Below the pieces are notes generated by a model that ran no database searches, was not told the origin of the DNA, and saw only the letters and a list, made by a program, of their open reading frames with translations. This document shows positions 47,747 through 60,610 of a stretch of DNA of 64,000 bases, piece after piece. The DNA is from Mustelus asterias (taxonomy: Eukaryota). The stretch covers positions 43,524,001-43,588,000 of the forward strand of contig NC_135815.1 of assembly GCF_964213995.1 (NCBI RefSeq), written 5' to 3'. Each line of letters starts with the position of its first letter. The first letter of the stretch is position 1. The translations under genes were made by a program, and so were the position numbers.

Positions 47747-48904
47747 TACCTCCAATATTACGTTCAGTTTTCTTCCAACACAATGCCTTGTTTTTATGAT
47801 GCACGACGACCAAATCTATTGCTGCTGAACTAACTTTATTAATAACACATTTTCATAACATGAACACATAACTGCAAGCCATCTGAAGCCTTATTCCAAC
47901 CATGTCTAACATGTGCTATCTGACATTCAACTCCAGGTTGGGTGAACTCATACATAGTACAGATGGTATCATATAGTATTTAATATTGGAGTCCGTAACT
48001 GCAGTCGATAATTATGGCAATGCTGATCTCCATTTAAAAAAATTTAAAAACTGAACAAATACCTTTAAAATGGTTGTAGCTGTGTCTGTCTGTGGCTCCT
48101 GAACAAAAGAAAGCACTTGGTAGTTTTAGGAAAACTCACTCATCTCTGAGGAGCCACTAACAACCATTGTGGACTGCATAGCCCAAAGTCAAAGAGAGTG
48201 ATACACAGTACATCTGTATTTAATTACCTCAGGTGGTCAAGAGGAGATGGATTATCTGCTGAGACAAAGGCCCCACCACCTTCCTTTCAATTCCTAATGG
48301 CTAAGACTCTTTGGAATCTATAAGATGAATATACCTACTTTGTCAAAGATTGTGGAGGGTTGTGAGTCATTGAGCAAGTGGAACAAGTCACTTGGCCTTG
48401 CTGAACTAAAAAAGACCAGTTTGTTGTTTAACATCTGACTAGCAGGCTGTGCTGAAGGAGCTCTGGCCCAGATTAGGCAACTGGTCACACTTATCCTGCT
48501 TCTGTTGGAAGTCTGTACCATCGCATGTGAGACTGATTCACCTTTGTATGCCTATGTTACTGTGTGACGTCAACCCACCAACCTCTGAGAAGGATACGTC
48601 ATTGGACTTTGGGTCTGGACTCTGGAACTGACATGAAACAACATTTCCTTCCTCTGTGGTTTCTGTATTGTAAATCTTTCCTTTCGCTATCCCCCGCTTT
48701 TACTATATGAATACGAGGGGAATGTCGCAAACCTTTTTGTGTTTTGAGTGCGTGCAAATAAACTAACCCTTTGAGTTTATCCTAGTTCTAGTTTGCCAAG
48801 GAGTTATGAATAGAAAATTTAATTGCACCAAAACTGAGGGCTTGGGAAATATGCTAATGCTTATAAAAAGGGCAACAAAGAGGGTGGTGAGAGGGGAAAT
48901 TAGC

Positions 48905-49400
48905 GGGGGTGGAATTTCCCCCAAAAATGGCAAAGTGTCAATCTTGGTGCGAAAACTGGTGCAATTCCCATTGGCCCTGGTGATGCAATCCAGGCCACAA
49001 TTTTTAGGCACATTGAGAAAAAATAATTTCCCACGTGAAAAATGTATTCGTCAACCCCGAGGGTCATCTGAGCACTTTAATCAAGGGGGCGGTTAAACAG
49101 CCCCACAGCACTTGCTCTCATTCAAGCCAAGATGATGAGAGTGAGGAATCCTGTTCCACGATTCACAAAGGGGGCCCTCAACCATATGCTGGATACCATG
49201 AAGGAGAGATGGCCAACAACATACCCTGGCAGGAGACCCTCCAGCAAGATAATGAGTCCTGTCTGGCCAGTGTTAGCAGCCTGCACAAGAGGACAGCGGT
49301 GCAATGCTACAAGGTGAACAACCTACTCTGTCATCCATCAGAGTGTCACCTGGACCCACACACTGCCACCCAGCAAGAATCCAGTACTCAACCTTCCACA
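48905..49400 (+). mobile_element. Harbinger end with Myb/SANT exon remnant
   Basis: TIR-like GGGGGTGGAATTTCCCC. RNPVPRFTKGALNHMLDTMKERW..PGRRP...W and RTAVQCYKVNNL resemble the Myb exon at 19944-20170. Confidence 0.6.
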
Positions 49401-49414
49401 AGCTTCCTCACACA

Positions 49415-50240
49415 GGCAGAGTGTTACTGGTGTGGGGATAGTCGCTCTCCTGGAGCCTGTGGGTATCAAGAAGCTGAATGTTTTTCTGTCGCAGGAAAAG
49501 TCACTTAAGGCACCAATGTAAAACTAAGTGTAGTCCACCCAGTTATGGAGTTAGTAACGAATCGCAAATGCATAATGTGGAAGAGTCGAATACCAAAGAT
49601 TTATTATTCACTCATTGTTCAAAGCGAAAGCGGGCAAGTTAGCCCCCATCACTGTAATGTTTTTGGTAAATGGTAGGCCCTTAATGATGCAAGTTGATAG
49701 GTTGATATTTACAAGAAGGAGTTCAGACATTGAATTTGAGGCATACCACAGCAAAACTAACAACATACACAGGAAAAGCCATCAAGATAAAGGGTAGTAC
49801 CACAGTATCTGTAAGTTATCAGCTGCAGCCCATTCCAGTAATAATAGTGTCAGGCTAAGGGTCAAGTGATTGGCTCAAGGTAATCACGTTAAACTGGATG
49901 GAGATCATCCCAGTCCAGAAAGGGGGAAAGCCTGAGTCAATGAAGTAGTGCGAGAACATTTTTTGTGATGAATTAGGTAAAATAAAGGGTCTCCAGGTGA
50001 AGATCCATGTAGATCCAGAGGCAACCCCTCATTTGAGAACAAGACAAGTACCAGATGCCTTGTGAAAAAAGTTGGATAGAATTGAAGAGATTGGAAGAAC
50101 TGGGTATTATCCATCCAGTTCAATTCATGGACTGGGCAGCACCCATAGTCCCCTTGATAAAGCCTGCCAAGACTATCTGCATCGATGGAGGTGACAAATA
50201 AACAATTAATCAGGCTGAGTGTACTCAGTCTAATCTGCAA
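49415..50240 (+). mobile_element. Gypsy gag-pol remnant (zinc knuckle, protease, RT start)
   Basis: CYWCGD...CGYQEAECF, PITVMFLVNGRPLMMQVD, ELGIIHPVQFMDWAAPIVPLIKP. Confidence 0.7.
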
Positions 50241-50269
50241 ATTCCAAAATTTTGCTTCCTGAGCTCAAA

Positions 50270-50720
50270 TCCAAATCATGTACATATACCGAGAACAAAG
50301 GTAGACCCCAGGAAGTGACAACTAAAATTGGGGACTTCAAAGGTCAGAATTAGATTAATTCAATCAGTTTACAGGGTTGGAGGTGATCAGAGATAGGGAG
50401 AGGCAAAGACATGGAGGGACTTGGAAACAAGGATGAGAATTTTAAAATGGAGATGTTGTTTAACTGGGTGTCAATGTCATTTGGCAACACAGAAGTGATA
50501 GATTAATGGGACTCGGAATGAGTAAAGGCATGGACTGCAGGCTTGGATAATCTCAAGTTTACGGAAGATAAAATATGGGAGGGTCTTAAGGAGTGCATTG
50601 AATTAGGGAAGTCGAGAGGTAACATAGTCATGGATGAGGATTTCAGCACCAGATGATCAGAGGCAGGGATAGAGTCAAGCAATGGTATAGAGTTGGAAAT
50701 AAGTGGCCTCAGTGATGCCA
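50270..50720 (-). mobile_element. Old L2-like LINE 3' fragment
   Basis: Decayed HAF..SRL.Y and FKILILV-like ORF2 C-terminal motifs. Confidence 0.45.
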
Positions 50721-50759
50721 ATGGTTAAGCACTACAAAGGAAATCATAGAGAACACACG

Positions 50760-52290
50760 GCAAAAAATTAACCAAGGAGAAAGCAGGGTTGAAAATTTAT
50801 ATCAATGAGAATAAAGTTGAGATGCTGGGACTCTCCATTGGGCCAGAGAAAGCTAAGAGGAGATTTAATTAAAATTTTTAAAGAAAATAAGTCTATGAAG
50901 TATTTAATAAAATGAATTGGGAAAGAATATTTTTTCTGGGAACTCAGTATCAAATGGTTACCAATTTAAAATTGTCACCCAGATTGAGGATCAAAGTTGG
51001 AAGAAATGTTTATATAGGGAGTTGTTAGATCATTGAATACTTTTCCAGAGTATCATAGATTCCCTACAGTGCAGAAGGAAGCCATTCAGCCCATCAAGTC
51101 TACACCGACTACAATCCCACCTAGGCCCTATCCCCATAGCCCCACACATTTACCCCACCAATCCCTCTAATTTACGCATCCCGGGACACGAAGGGGCAAT
51201 TTAGCATGGCCAATGCACCTAACCCGCACATCTTTGGACTGTGGGAGGAAACCGGAGCACCCGGAGGAAACCCATGCAGACACGGGAAGAATGTGCAAAC
51301 TCCATACAGACAGTGACCCAAGCCAGGAATCGAACTCAGGTTCCTAGAACTTTGAGGCAGCAGTGCTAACCTCTGTGCCACCGTGCTGCCCCCAAGTAGT
51401 TGACAAAAAACTATTGCCTCTTTTAAAGGAAGGGTGGATAAATATTTGAAGCAGTCCCACATGGCAATGGAGTAAACAGGGCCCATAGGATTAGTTTTCA
51501 ATGTTTTTAGTGATGAACCACCCCCAGTTATATTGAATTGCATCAAATTACATCAAATATGCAACAGCAGAAGTGGGTCATTCAGCTCAAAGAATCCATG
51601 CTGGCATTTATGCTCCATCTGAGCATCTTTCTATCCCTAAGCCTTTATCATCATAACCCTCTATTACTTCTCCCCGCGCTTATCTAACTTCCCTTTAAGT
51701 CCATCAATACTATTCATCTCGACCACGATATGTGCTAGCAAGTTTCATATGCTCACCGCTCTCGGGTTAAAGAAGTTTGTGCTGAATTCTCTGTTTCGTT
51801 TCTTGCTGCTCATCTATTAATTAAGGCCTTTTTCACAAGTAGAAAGACGCTGGGCGGGATTTACTGTGCAACCTACAGCTTGTTTCGCCGCGGAAGAAGG
51901 TGGAAGCGGTGGAATCTTCTGGTCCCATCATTGTCAGTGGGGTTCCCCATTAAATGCGCCCCTCACTGCCATGAAACACGCAGCAGGGCTGTGCTGTTGG
52001 CAGGACCGGAAGATCCTGCTGACATGAATGACCAGAAAGTTCCGGCCTCTGTGTCTATACTATCAAAACCTTCATAATTTTAAATACCTCTATTAGATCA
52101 GCCCATCAGCCTTCCTTTTATTCCCAGAGAAAAGAGACACAGCCTATTCATTCTTTCCTGATTTGCTTGACCTTGCAATCCTGGTATCATCTTTGTAAGT
52201 CTTATTTGCATCCTCTCCATTGTCTGTACTTCCCTTTTATAATATGGCGACATTAACTGTACAAAGTGTTCAAAATGTGATGTACGCATT
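50760..52290. mobile_element. Cluster of old CR1 3' fragments, with a V-SINE (51052-51390, minus) and a Harbinger-type MITE (51852-52047)
   Basis: LGLSIG..KLRGDLIK-like and MERMQIRLTKMIPGL motifs, a consensus SINE, and MITE ends GGGCGGGATTT...AAAGTTCCGGCC. Confidence 0.65.
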
Positions 52291-52301
52291 TTTCAGGAAT
52301 T

Positions 52302-52640
52302 TCATAGAATTCCTACAGTGAAGGAGGCCATTCAGCCCATTGGGTATGCACCAACCCTGCGGCAGATCTCTTACCCAGGCCCACTGCCCCTATCCTCGTT
52401 ACCCCACACATTTACCCCACCAATCCCCTAACGTACACACCTTGGGACACTAAGGGGCAATTTAACATGGCCAATCCACCTAAACTGCAGATATTTTGAT
52501 TGTGGGAGGAAACTGGAGCATCCGGAGGAAATGCACGCAGACAAGGGGAGAACGTACAAACTCCATAGAGACAGTCACCCGAGGCTGGAATCGAACCCGG
52601 AACCCTAGCGCAGTGAGGCAACAGCACTAAGCAGTGTGCA
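52302..52640 (-). mobile_element. HE1-like V-SINE (tail A)
   Basis: Head at 52590-52640, V-domain, tail. Confidence 0.85.
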
Positions 52641-53871
52641 TTTGGTACATATGATGGACCAAATATTTCCTTTTATTTTGTCAATTTCAATGGTTCAGCT
52701 CCACATGGTCCTTCTAACTTGTGCTGGGTGTCTCACTGATACTTCATGACAACTCTCTTTCAAATTCTCAAAGTTGGGTAGTTGTGCTTGTAAGGTTTGA
52801 AGTGCTGGCAGGTACTTAATTTAGGTACTTTTTTCCCTTCTTATCTCCATTACGAGGGTCATCATCCTCAGAGGTCCTTATAAAGATGGAACATGTGCCA
52901 GTATTGGGTGTATGGGTGAAAAATATGTGAGCAGAAACAAGAACCCTGGTGTCACGCTGCTGGGCAGAGCAGTCAGTTATTGAGAGAATGAACTTGAATC
53001 GCAGGTGTGATAAGGTTGTAAACAATATCTATCTTTTGGGATGGCACAGGGGCCCCTCACTATCCCTCACCCACCATTTCTATAGTCGCTATCTATACAG
53101 TTCCTCATGTTGAGTGAGATAGTGCTGGTGACTGGTGACTGTTGACTGGCAATATTCTCCTTGCAAAATAAATAAATACATTCACTTTTAGTGTTTGAAA
53201 GCAAAATCCTGCTGATGCTGGAAATCTAAAATAAAAACAGAAAATTCTGAAAAAAATTCAGCAAGTCTGTCAGCATTTCTGCAGAGAGAAACTGAGTCCG
53301 TGTGACAAGAATTAGCCCCATACCGAACCTACTGTCTATCTGGTGTGAATGGACAGGGACACAATGCACTAATGGACTTGGTGACAAAATACGTATTATT
53401 TATGTGAGTTAATGGAGCTTTTCCTTTTAACAATACCAAATTGCAACTAAAACTTTGTAAACATGCTGATTTGAAGGTTAAAAAAGTGCAAATTTGACCA
53501 CTGTTTTCCATGCTACATTCAGTTCCTGTACACAACTTTTCAAAAACCTTGTAAAGTATGTTCAGAGCGGATGTGACCCACCCACGGAAAATTCTGCAGA
53601 ACTACCAGAATTAAAAGCTGTGCTGTGAAAAGTTAGAGACTGAATATCCTTGGGTGTTAATTTCATTGAGGCTTCTCCCATTCTGCCATTATTATTTTGG
53701 TAGAAACTCCTGTTTATAAACGGAAACCAGTGCTCCCCCAAACCTACAACATAATGAAGGCAGAGAAGGGTGAGACAACCTCAGCAAAGTCACCCTCCAT
53801 TATCATAACAGCAGGCTTCACAGTCTAGCCTCCCTCACTGCCCACTGATCTCTCTAGCAGGACAAGGGCTG

Positions 53872-54330
53872 ATCATAGAATCCTAGAATCATACACTGCA
53901 GAAGAGACCCTGCGGCTCATTGAGTCTGCACCAACATGTGAGAAATACCTGAACTCCCACCCTATCCTATTTACCAGCACTTGGCCCATAGCCTTGAATG
54001 TTATGACATGCCAAGTGCTCATCCAGGTACTTTCTAAAGAATGTGAGGCAACCCACCTCTACCACCCTCCCAAGCAGCGCATTCCAGATCGTCACCACCC
54101 TCTGGGTAAAAAGGTTTTTCCTCCCATCCTCCATAAGCCTCCTGCCCCTCACCTTAAATGTATGTCCCCTTGTGACTGACCCTTCAATTAGGGGAACAAT
54201 TGCTCCTTATCCACTCTGTCCATATCCCTCATAATCTTGTACACCTCGATCAGGTCGCCCCTCAGTCTTCTCTGCTGCAACAAAAACAACCCAAGCCTAT
54301 CCTACCTCTCTTCATAACTTAAATGTTCCC
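53872..54330 (-). mobile_element. CR1/HER1-like LINE 3' end
   Basis: RKNLFTQRVVTIWNALLGRVVE. The tail (TAGAATC)n is the same type as tail-A SINEs. Confidence 0.8.
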
Positions 54331-56089
54331 TTCTCCAGAGTGGGGACACTGATGCCAATTGTATGGCCCGCAACAACGTGTGGCCTGTGATTAGCTAACT
54401 GAGCTAACTAAGGATTGCAGCTTGGACTTTCACGGAACACCTACTCCTTTTGGTGCATTTGCCAACTTAACAACTGGAGATGCTGAATGCTAAGGATATA
54501 AGATGGTGGGTGAGTCCTGTTTTTACAATACAGTGGCAGTGATTGTTAAGAGTCCATATTAGGCAGTACATTTTGACACACACATTCAGACTGCTGCACA
54601 TTTGCATTGTGCCTTTCTGAGCAATTGCCAACACATCAGTTTCAATTTGATGAATGCCTGTCTTCATTACAATTATCTCCAGCTGCACCCTGTTGCTCTG
54701 CCACCTAATATATATGAGTTTTACTTCACTGTACATGCCACTGAAACTTTACAGACACTCACATCTGCCAAGTGTTGCTATAAAAAGGCTATTAATGTGA
54801 ATCATGTGACTGCACAGACTGGTGTAGTGTGACATCATGGTTTATTGTAAGCGTTGAAGTGGAATTAATAGTCGACATCAAGTTGTGCTAGGGAGTCAAG
54901 TTACCAGAAAGTTCCCCTTTGTAATGCTGCTATTAGTCTACAACTTCCAGAAACAGTCAAACGGGCAATGAAACATTTAGTAAGAGGCCTATAAGTAGAA
55001 GTCGTTCAAGGCAATTGTTTGCTACATTCTTGCGTCATTAAACCTTGCTTTTTAACTGACTCCAACTGTGTCTTTAATCATGATTGGAAAGCATTTTATA
55101 TATGGAGTCCCTGCAGGCTAGGATAAACTGGCCAAAAAAGGTAATGTCACATAGAAATTCTCCAAAAAGGACGTGGATTGCCTTTGATACATGGTTCCTC
55201 AGCAGCAGAGACCATATTAAGTGGTATGACGTTACCGAGAGCCAGCACTGAGTGTAACCCCTCAGCTATTTATCTTACTTAAGCATCTTAATTAATCCTT
55301 CTTATATTCATTTGCTTCCTAATTGTTGAAAACATTTTCATGGGATTATTTATGATGTCTGATCACCTCCAAGGATTCTTTTTTACCTGAAGGGATGGCA
55401 ATGTTATGTTAATAGCATAACTCTGGTGCTGTAATTACTTGAACTTTTTCACAGGTTTCACCCACATGAGGTGCAGTAGGAGGAATATCTTTATGGTGAT
55501 CATTAATCTGTCCTGATAGTTCTAATACCATTTCCTTACCATGTTCAAAATATTTGGTTAAGGAGATACAAAGAAAACTTAATTGGTTAGAAATGTTTCC
55601 TTATACTAAATTTATTCCAGCAGCAAAGTCATGAATCTGGAAATTACTGCAAAAGATGTTGCTTAACGTGCTTGTCTCAAACTTACCTTGCCTCTGTTTT
55701 AATAAAAGTTTTTTATTAAAAACTTTTACTACTTGTATCGCAGGAGTAAAGAGAGAAATATGATGGAGCATCAAGTGTTCACACAACTACGGTCACACTA
55801 GCTTTCAGGCTTTCACGGCTTTATAAATTTGTCTGTTGCAAACTGCGGTTTTACTCAAAATTGGTATATCTGCTAATCTACCTGGAAAAGAACAGTTTGT
55901 CCTTGCCTGTGGATGCTTCATTCCTCTTTTATACACTGCCTCATATCCCATTTCACACTCTGCTCTTTCACCTCAAAGTTATAAATACAACATCCTCCAC
56001 ACAATTTCTAGTCAGGGTCAAGGTCACCTCATCAAGAAAGAATGAAGTTAATGTGCAGCATTCTCTGAGCCACAGCTACCACTAACACT

Positions 56090-58452
56090 CCTGCCCTTGA
56101 CATCAAGACAGTATTTGACCAATTGTGGCATCAAGGTGATGAAATCAAGGGGAATTAAGGGAAAACTCTCTATATTGGCTGGAGTCATACCTAGCACAAA
56201 GAAAAATAGTCATGGATCTTGGAGGTCAATCATCTCAGTCCCAGGACATTGCTGCAGGAGTTCCTCAACGTAATGTCCTCAGCCCAACAATTTTAGCTGC
56301 TTCATTAGTGAACTTGCCTTCATCATAAGAAGAGAAGAAGAGATGATCTCTGCTGATTGCACAGTGCTTGGTTCCATTCACAGCCCCTCAAATAATGAAG
56401 CAATCCATGCCTAGATTCATCAAAATATTAAACACCATTCAGGCTAATGTTAATAAGTGGCAAGTAATATTTATGTCCCACAAGGGCCAGGCAATGACCA
56501 TCTCCCACAAGAAAGTGTCTAACCACCTTCCCTTGACAATAAATGGCATTATAATCATAAGTTCCAATGTCCACAACCTGAGAATTACCACTGATCAGAA
56601 ATTAATTGGAGCAGGCACATAAATACTGTGGCTACAAAAGCAGGCCAGAAGCTGGGTATTTTGTGGTGAATAATTCATCTTTTAACCCTTCGTCATCTAC
56701 AAGCACCAGTCAAGTATTTGAAAGAACACTCTCCATTTTCCTAGATGAGTCTAATTCTAACACCAAAGAACAAAGAACAGTACAGCACAGGAAACAGGCC
56801 CTTCGGCCCTCCAAGCCTGTGCCGCTCCTTGGTCCAACTAGACCAATCGTTTGTATCCCTCCATTCCCAGGCTGCTCATGTGACTATCCAGGTAAGTCTT
56901 AAACGATGTCAGCGTGCCTGCCTCCACCACCCTGCTTGGCAGCGCATTCCAGGCCCCCACCACCCTCTGTGTAAAAAACATCCCTCTAATATCTGAGTTA
57001 TACTTCGCCCCTCTCACCTTGAGCCCGTGACCCCTTGTGAACGTCACTTCTGATCTGGGAAAAAGCTTCCCACCGTTCACCCTATCTATCCCCTTCATAA
57101 TCTTGTACACCTCTATTAGATCTCCCCTCATTCTCCGTCTTTCCAGGGAGAACAACCCCAGTTTACCCAATCTCTCCTCATAGCTAAGACCCTCCATACC
57201 AGGCAACATCCTGGTAAACCTTCTCTGCACTCTCTCTAACGCCTCCACGTCCTTCTGGTAGTGCGGCGACCAGAACTGGACGCAGTACTCCAAATGTGGC
57301 CTAACCAGTGTTCTATACAGCTGCATCATCAGACTCCAGCTTTTATACTCTATACCCCATCCTATAAAGGCAAGCGTACCATAGGCCTTCTTCACCACCT
57401 TCTCCACCTGTGTTGCCACCTTCAAGGATTTGTGGACTTGCACACCTAGGTCCCTCTGTGTTTCTATACTCCTGATGACTCTGCCATTTATTGTATAACT
57501 CCTCCCTACATTATTTCTTCCAAAATGCATCACTTCGCATTTATCCGGATTAAACTCCATCTGCCACCTCTCCGCCCAATTTTCCAGCCTATCTATATCC
57601 TGCTGTATTGCCCGACAATGCTCTTCGCTATCCGCAAGTCCAGCCATCTTTGTGTCATCCGCAAACTTGCTGATTACACCAGTTACACCTTCTTCCAAAT
57701 CATTTATATATATCACAAATAGCAGAGGTCCCAGTACAGAGCCCTGCGGAACACCACTGGTCACAGACCTCCAGCCGGAAAAAGACCCTTCGACCACTAC
57801 CCTCTGTCTCCTATGGCCAAGCCAGTTCTCCACCCATCTAGCCACTTCTCCTTGTATCCCATGAGCCTTAACCTTCTTAACCAACCTGCCATGTGGGACT
57901 TTGTCAAATGCCTTACTGAAATCCATATAGACGACATCCATGGCCCTTCCTTCATCAACCGTTTTTGTCACTTCCTCAAAAAACTCCACCAAATTTGTAA
58001 GGCACAATTCAAGAAGCTCGATACCATCCAGAACAAAGCAAGCAGCTTGACTGGCAGCCCCTCCAGCACTTTAAACATTCACTCTCTTCACCACTGGTGC
58101 TCCATGTCTATAGCGTGCACCATGTACAAGAAGGACTGCAGCAACTTGCTAAGGTTTCTTCAGGAGCACCTTCCGTATGGTACATTTACCACCTATGAAG
58201 ACAAAGGCAGCACCACATGCAAATTCCCTCTAGGTTACACACCATCTTGATTTGGACAATGTCATCATTCCTTCATCAGCACTAGGTCAAAATCCTAACA
58301 CTTGCATCCTAAAAGCACTGTGGGAGTATCTTCACCATGCAGACAGTAACAGTTGGAGAAGGTGATTCACCAGCACATTCTCAAGAGCAATTATGGACGG
58401 GCAATAAATGCTGACCTTGATAATGTGCCCACATCTTGTGAATGAATAAAAA
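56090..58452 (+). mobile_element. Old CR1/L2-group LINE 3' half, interrupted by a young CR1
   Basis: Decayed GVPQ..VLSP, ADC and KWQVIF..KGQAMTIS motifs. Resumes at 58006 (KKLDTIQNKA) and ends in GGGCAATAAATGCTG...GAATGAATAAAAA. Confidence 0.75.
56765..58005 (-). mobile_element. Young 5'-truncated CR1 LINE with an uninterrupted 389-codon ORF2 C-terminal half
   Basis: ORF 56838-58007 has DFSKAFDKVPH, GVPQGSVLGPLLF, FADDTK and LVRPHLEYCVQFWSP. (AAAGAAC)n tail. Confidence 0.95.
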
Positions 58453-59659
58453 GGCACTTATTTTCTAACGAGTATGATACCTCCTCACTCTTCCTACCCT
58501 AATGTATTTACCATATATAGCACGACAAAATGTTGTAACAATAAAAAACGAAATGTCTCTTTCTGCACTTTGGATGCTATTGAAACAATGGACTCTTGAA
58601 CAATCTGGTGAAAATAGGCAAATTGCAAACCACAATTAACCAACAAGATGATTCATTTCACAAATAATACTTGAATAAGTTGAATAATCTTCACATTGAA
58701 TTTAAATCCATTTCAGAATAGAGAAATATGCTGCCTCATGTAGTTTTGAGGAAACAATCTGCCGCAGTCAGTTTGATTAGGTCCTTGTATTCCCAAATGA
58801 TAACATCTAAATATAGACCGCAGCAAAATCCTTTTTGAAATTGACAAGAATCCTGAAATGTGACTACTGCGCAACACCAAACTTTGAAGCTCAATGCACA
58901 TTCAGGAGGGATGGGTCTACAAAGTTGTCCTCCTGGCTGTGAATCTCCCATGGCAGTACTACTTTTTGTGAATTCAGACACATGACCAAATCCTTCGCAA
59001 TCGTAGTGACTAAAACTCTGAGCATGTTGGAAAATGTTGTAAAATTGCCTCGACTGCAGAAATGAATTACATTCCTTCAGAGGGACAGCTTGCAAATTCT
59101 AGAAATAGTAATTTGCTCCGAACCAATCAATTTAGCAATCATAGTCAGCTTTATTTCAGTTCCCCACCCTTCCAATTCTAATTTTTAACCATGGCCCAAT
59201 ATGAAACCAGTTCTTACATTGTCTAAAATTTGTTCTTATAAAACAACAGCCTCGTTGTGAAGCAGTTAATTATTTCTACTAGAATGCATGGGGAGCGAGT
59301 CAGTGCTTGAACAAATGTTTCTGTAAATGAGTATTGCCATTAATAGATTGTCTGTTAACTGAAAAATTACTTGAAAATCTCTATCCAGGAGATGTATTGC
59401 CTCAAGCAGTATAATAGATCATTTCACCATGCAATGCCTTGAGACTGGGTGAAGATCATGGGTTTCAGCTGTCTTTTTCTCAAATGTAGGAGGATAATGC
59501 TTTTGCATAGCATTGATGTCCTGAAAATAGACCTGATAAAATGGTACAACGGCATCTTAAAGTTAATGATAGTCAAGGGGTGCTATCTGAATTTATTTTT
59601 ACCTTCCATGGATCTGATTTCCGATGGAATTTTGATGTCCTATTTCATTCTCTTGTGCC

Positions 59660-60610
59660 CTTTCAGCCTTTGAGTCTGGTCCACCTTTCAATTAGATCAA
59701 GGCCGATCTGTATTTTAATTCATTCTATCAGCCTTGGATACATTTTGGTTTATATTCTTCTCTAACAAAAATCTAGCAATTTTAAAATTTAAAATTAATT
59801 AACAGAGGTACTGCTTTTTGTTTTTAGCCAAGTTCCATATCCCTACCTGAAATGTTGTCTAACTTTTCTCCTGAATGACCTAACCAGTAGTTAGCACTGC
59901 TGCCTCACAGCACCAGGGACCTGGGTTCAATTCAAGCCTTGGGTCTGTACGGAGTTTGCACGTTCTCCCTGTGTCAGTGTGGGTTTCCTCCTGATGCTCT
60001 GGTTTCCTCGCACAGTCCGGAAGACGTGCTGATTAGGTGCATTGGCCATGCTAAATTCTCCCTCAGTGTACCCGAACAGGCGTCGGAGTGTGGCGACTAG
60101 GGCATTTTCACAGTAATTTCATTGCAGTGTTAATGTAAGCCTACTTGTGATGCTGATAAATAAATCACTCAAATTTTAAGATTATGTCCCTTTGTCTTAG
60201 ATTCCCACACCAATGTGAAATGTTTCATTGAATCATGGAATCCCTACAGTGCGGAAGGAGGCCATTCAGCCCATTGAACCTGCACTGATAACAATTTCAC
60301 CCAGGCCCTATCCCCGTAACCCCATGTATTTACCCTGCTAGTCCCCCTGACAGTAAGGGGCAATTTTGCATGGCCAATCAACCTAATCTGCACATCCTTC
60401 TATCTACTTTATTAATTCCTCAAAATCCTAAAAGCAACAATCAAATTTCCACCAAACCTTTTTAATTCCAGTCAATACAATCATACTTTATGTCATCTCT
60501 CCTCATACTGTAATCCTTAGATCCTTGGTAATATCTTATTGAATTTGCACTGTATTTCTTCCCAGGTCAGTATAACTTTTCTGAAGTATGGTGACAAGAA
60601 CTGTCTGCAG
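59660..60610 (-). mobile_element. Old CR1 3' fragment with two nested V-SINEs (59885-60165 plus; 60228-60398 minus)
   Basis: Decayed CR1 3' sequence flanks consensus SINE segments. Confidence 0.65.

Larger units (their letters stand above)
39816..48019 (-). mobile_element. Old Gypsy LTR retrotransposon with many nested insertions
   Basis: Direct LTRs at 39816-40043 and 47784-48019 with TG...CA ends. 5-bp TSD ATGCT (39811-39815, 48020-48024). PPT at 40044-40052. Decayed PBS-like sequence before 47784. RT motif AKYYSVLDVSSGFWEVKLDE..FNTPYG at 43160-43320, protease FKLDTDAPANVIP near 44210-44250, and gag HFAKVC near 46050. Confidence 0.88.

Noticed and set aside
48050-48800. Possible ERV/LTR sequence
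   Set aside because: AATAAA and LTR-like composition are present, but no TG...CA termini, TSD or partner LTR could be identified.
52680-53165. Possible minus-strand exon or integrase remnant
   Set aside because: An acceptor-like site is present, but frames close early and no motif is strong enough to call.
58736-59095. 119-aa ORF in unique sequence
   Set aside because: No recognisable motif, non-ATG start and no convincing splice pair. Compatible with chance.
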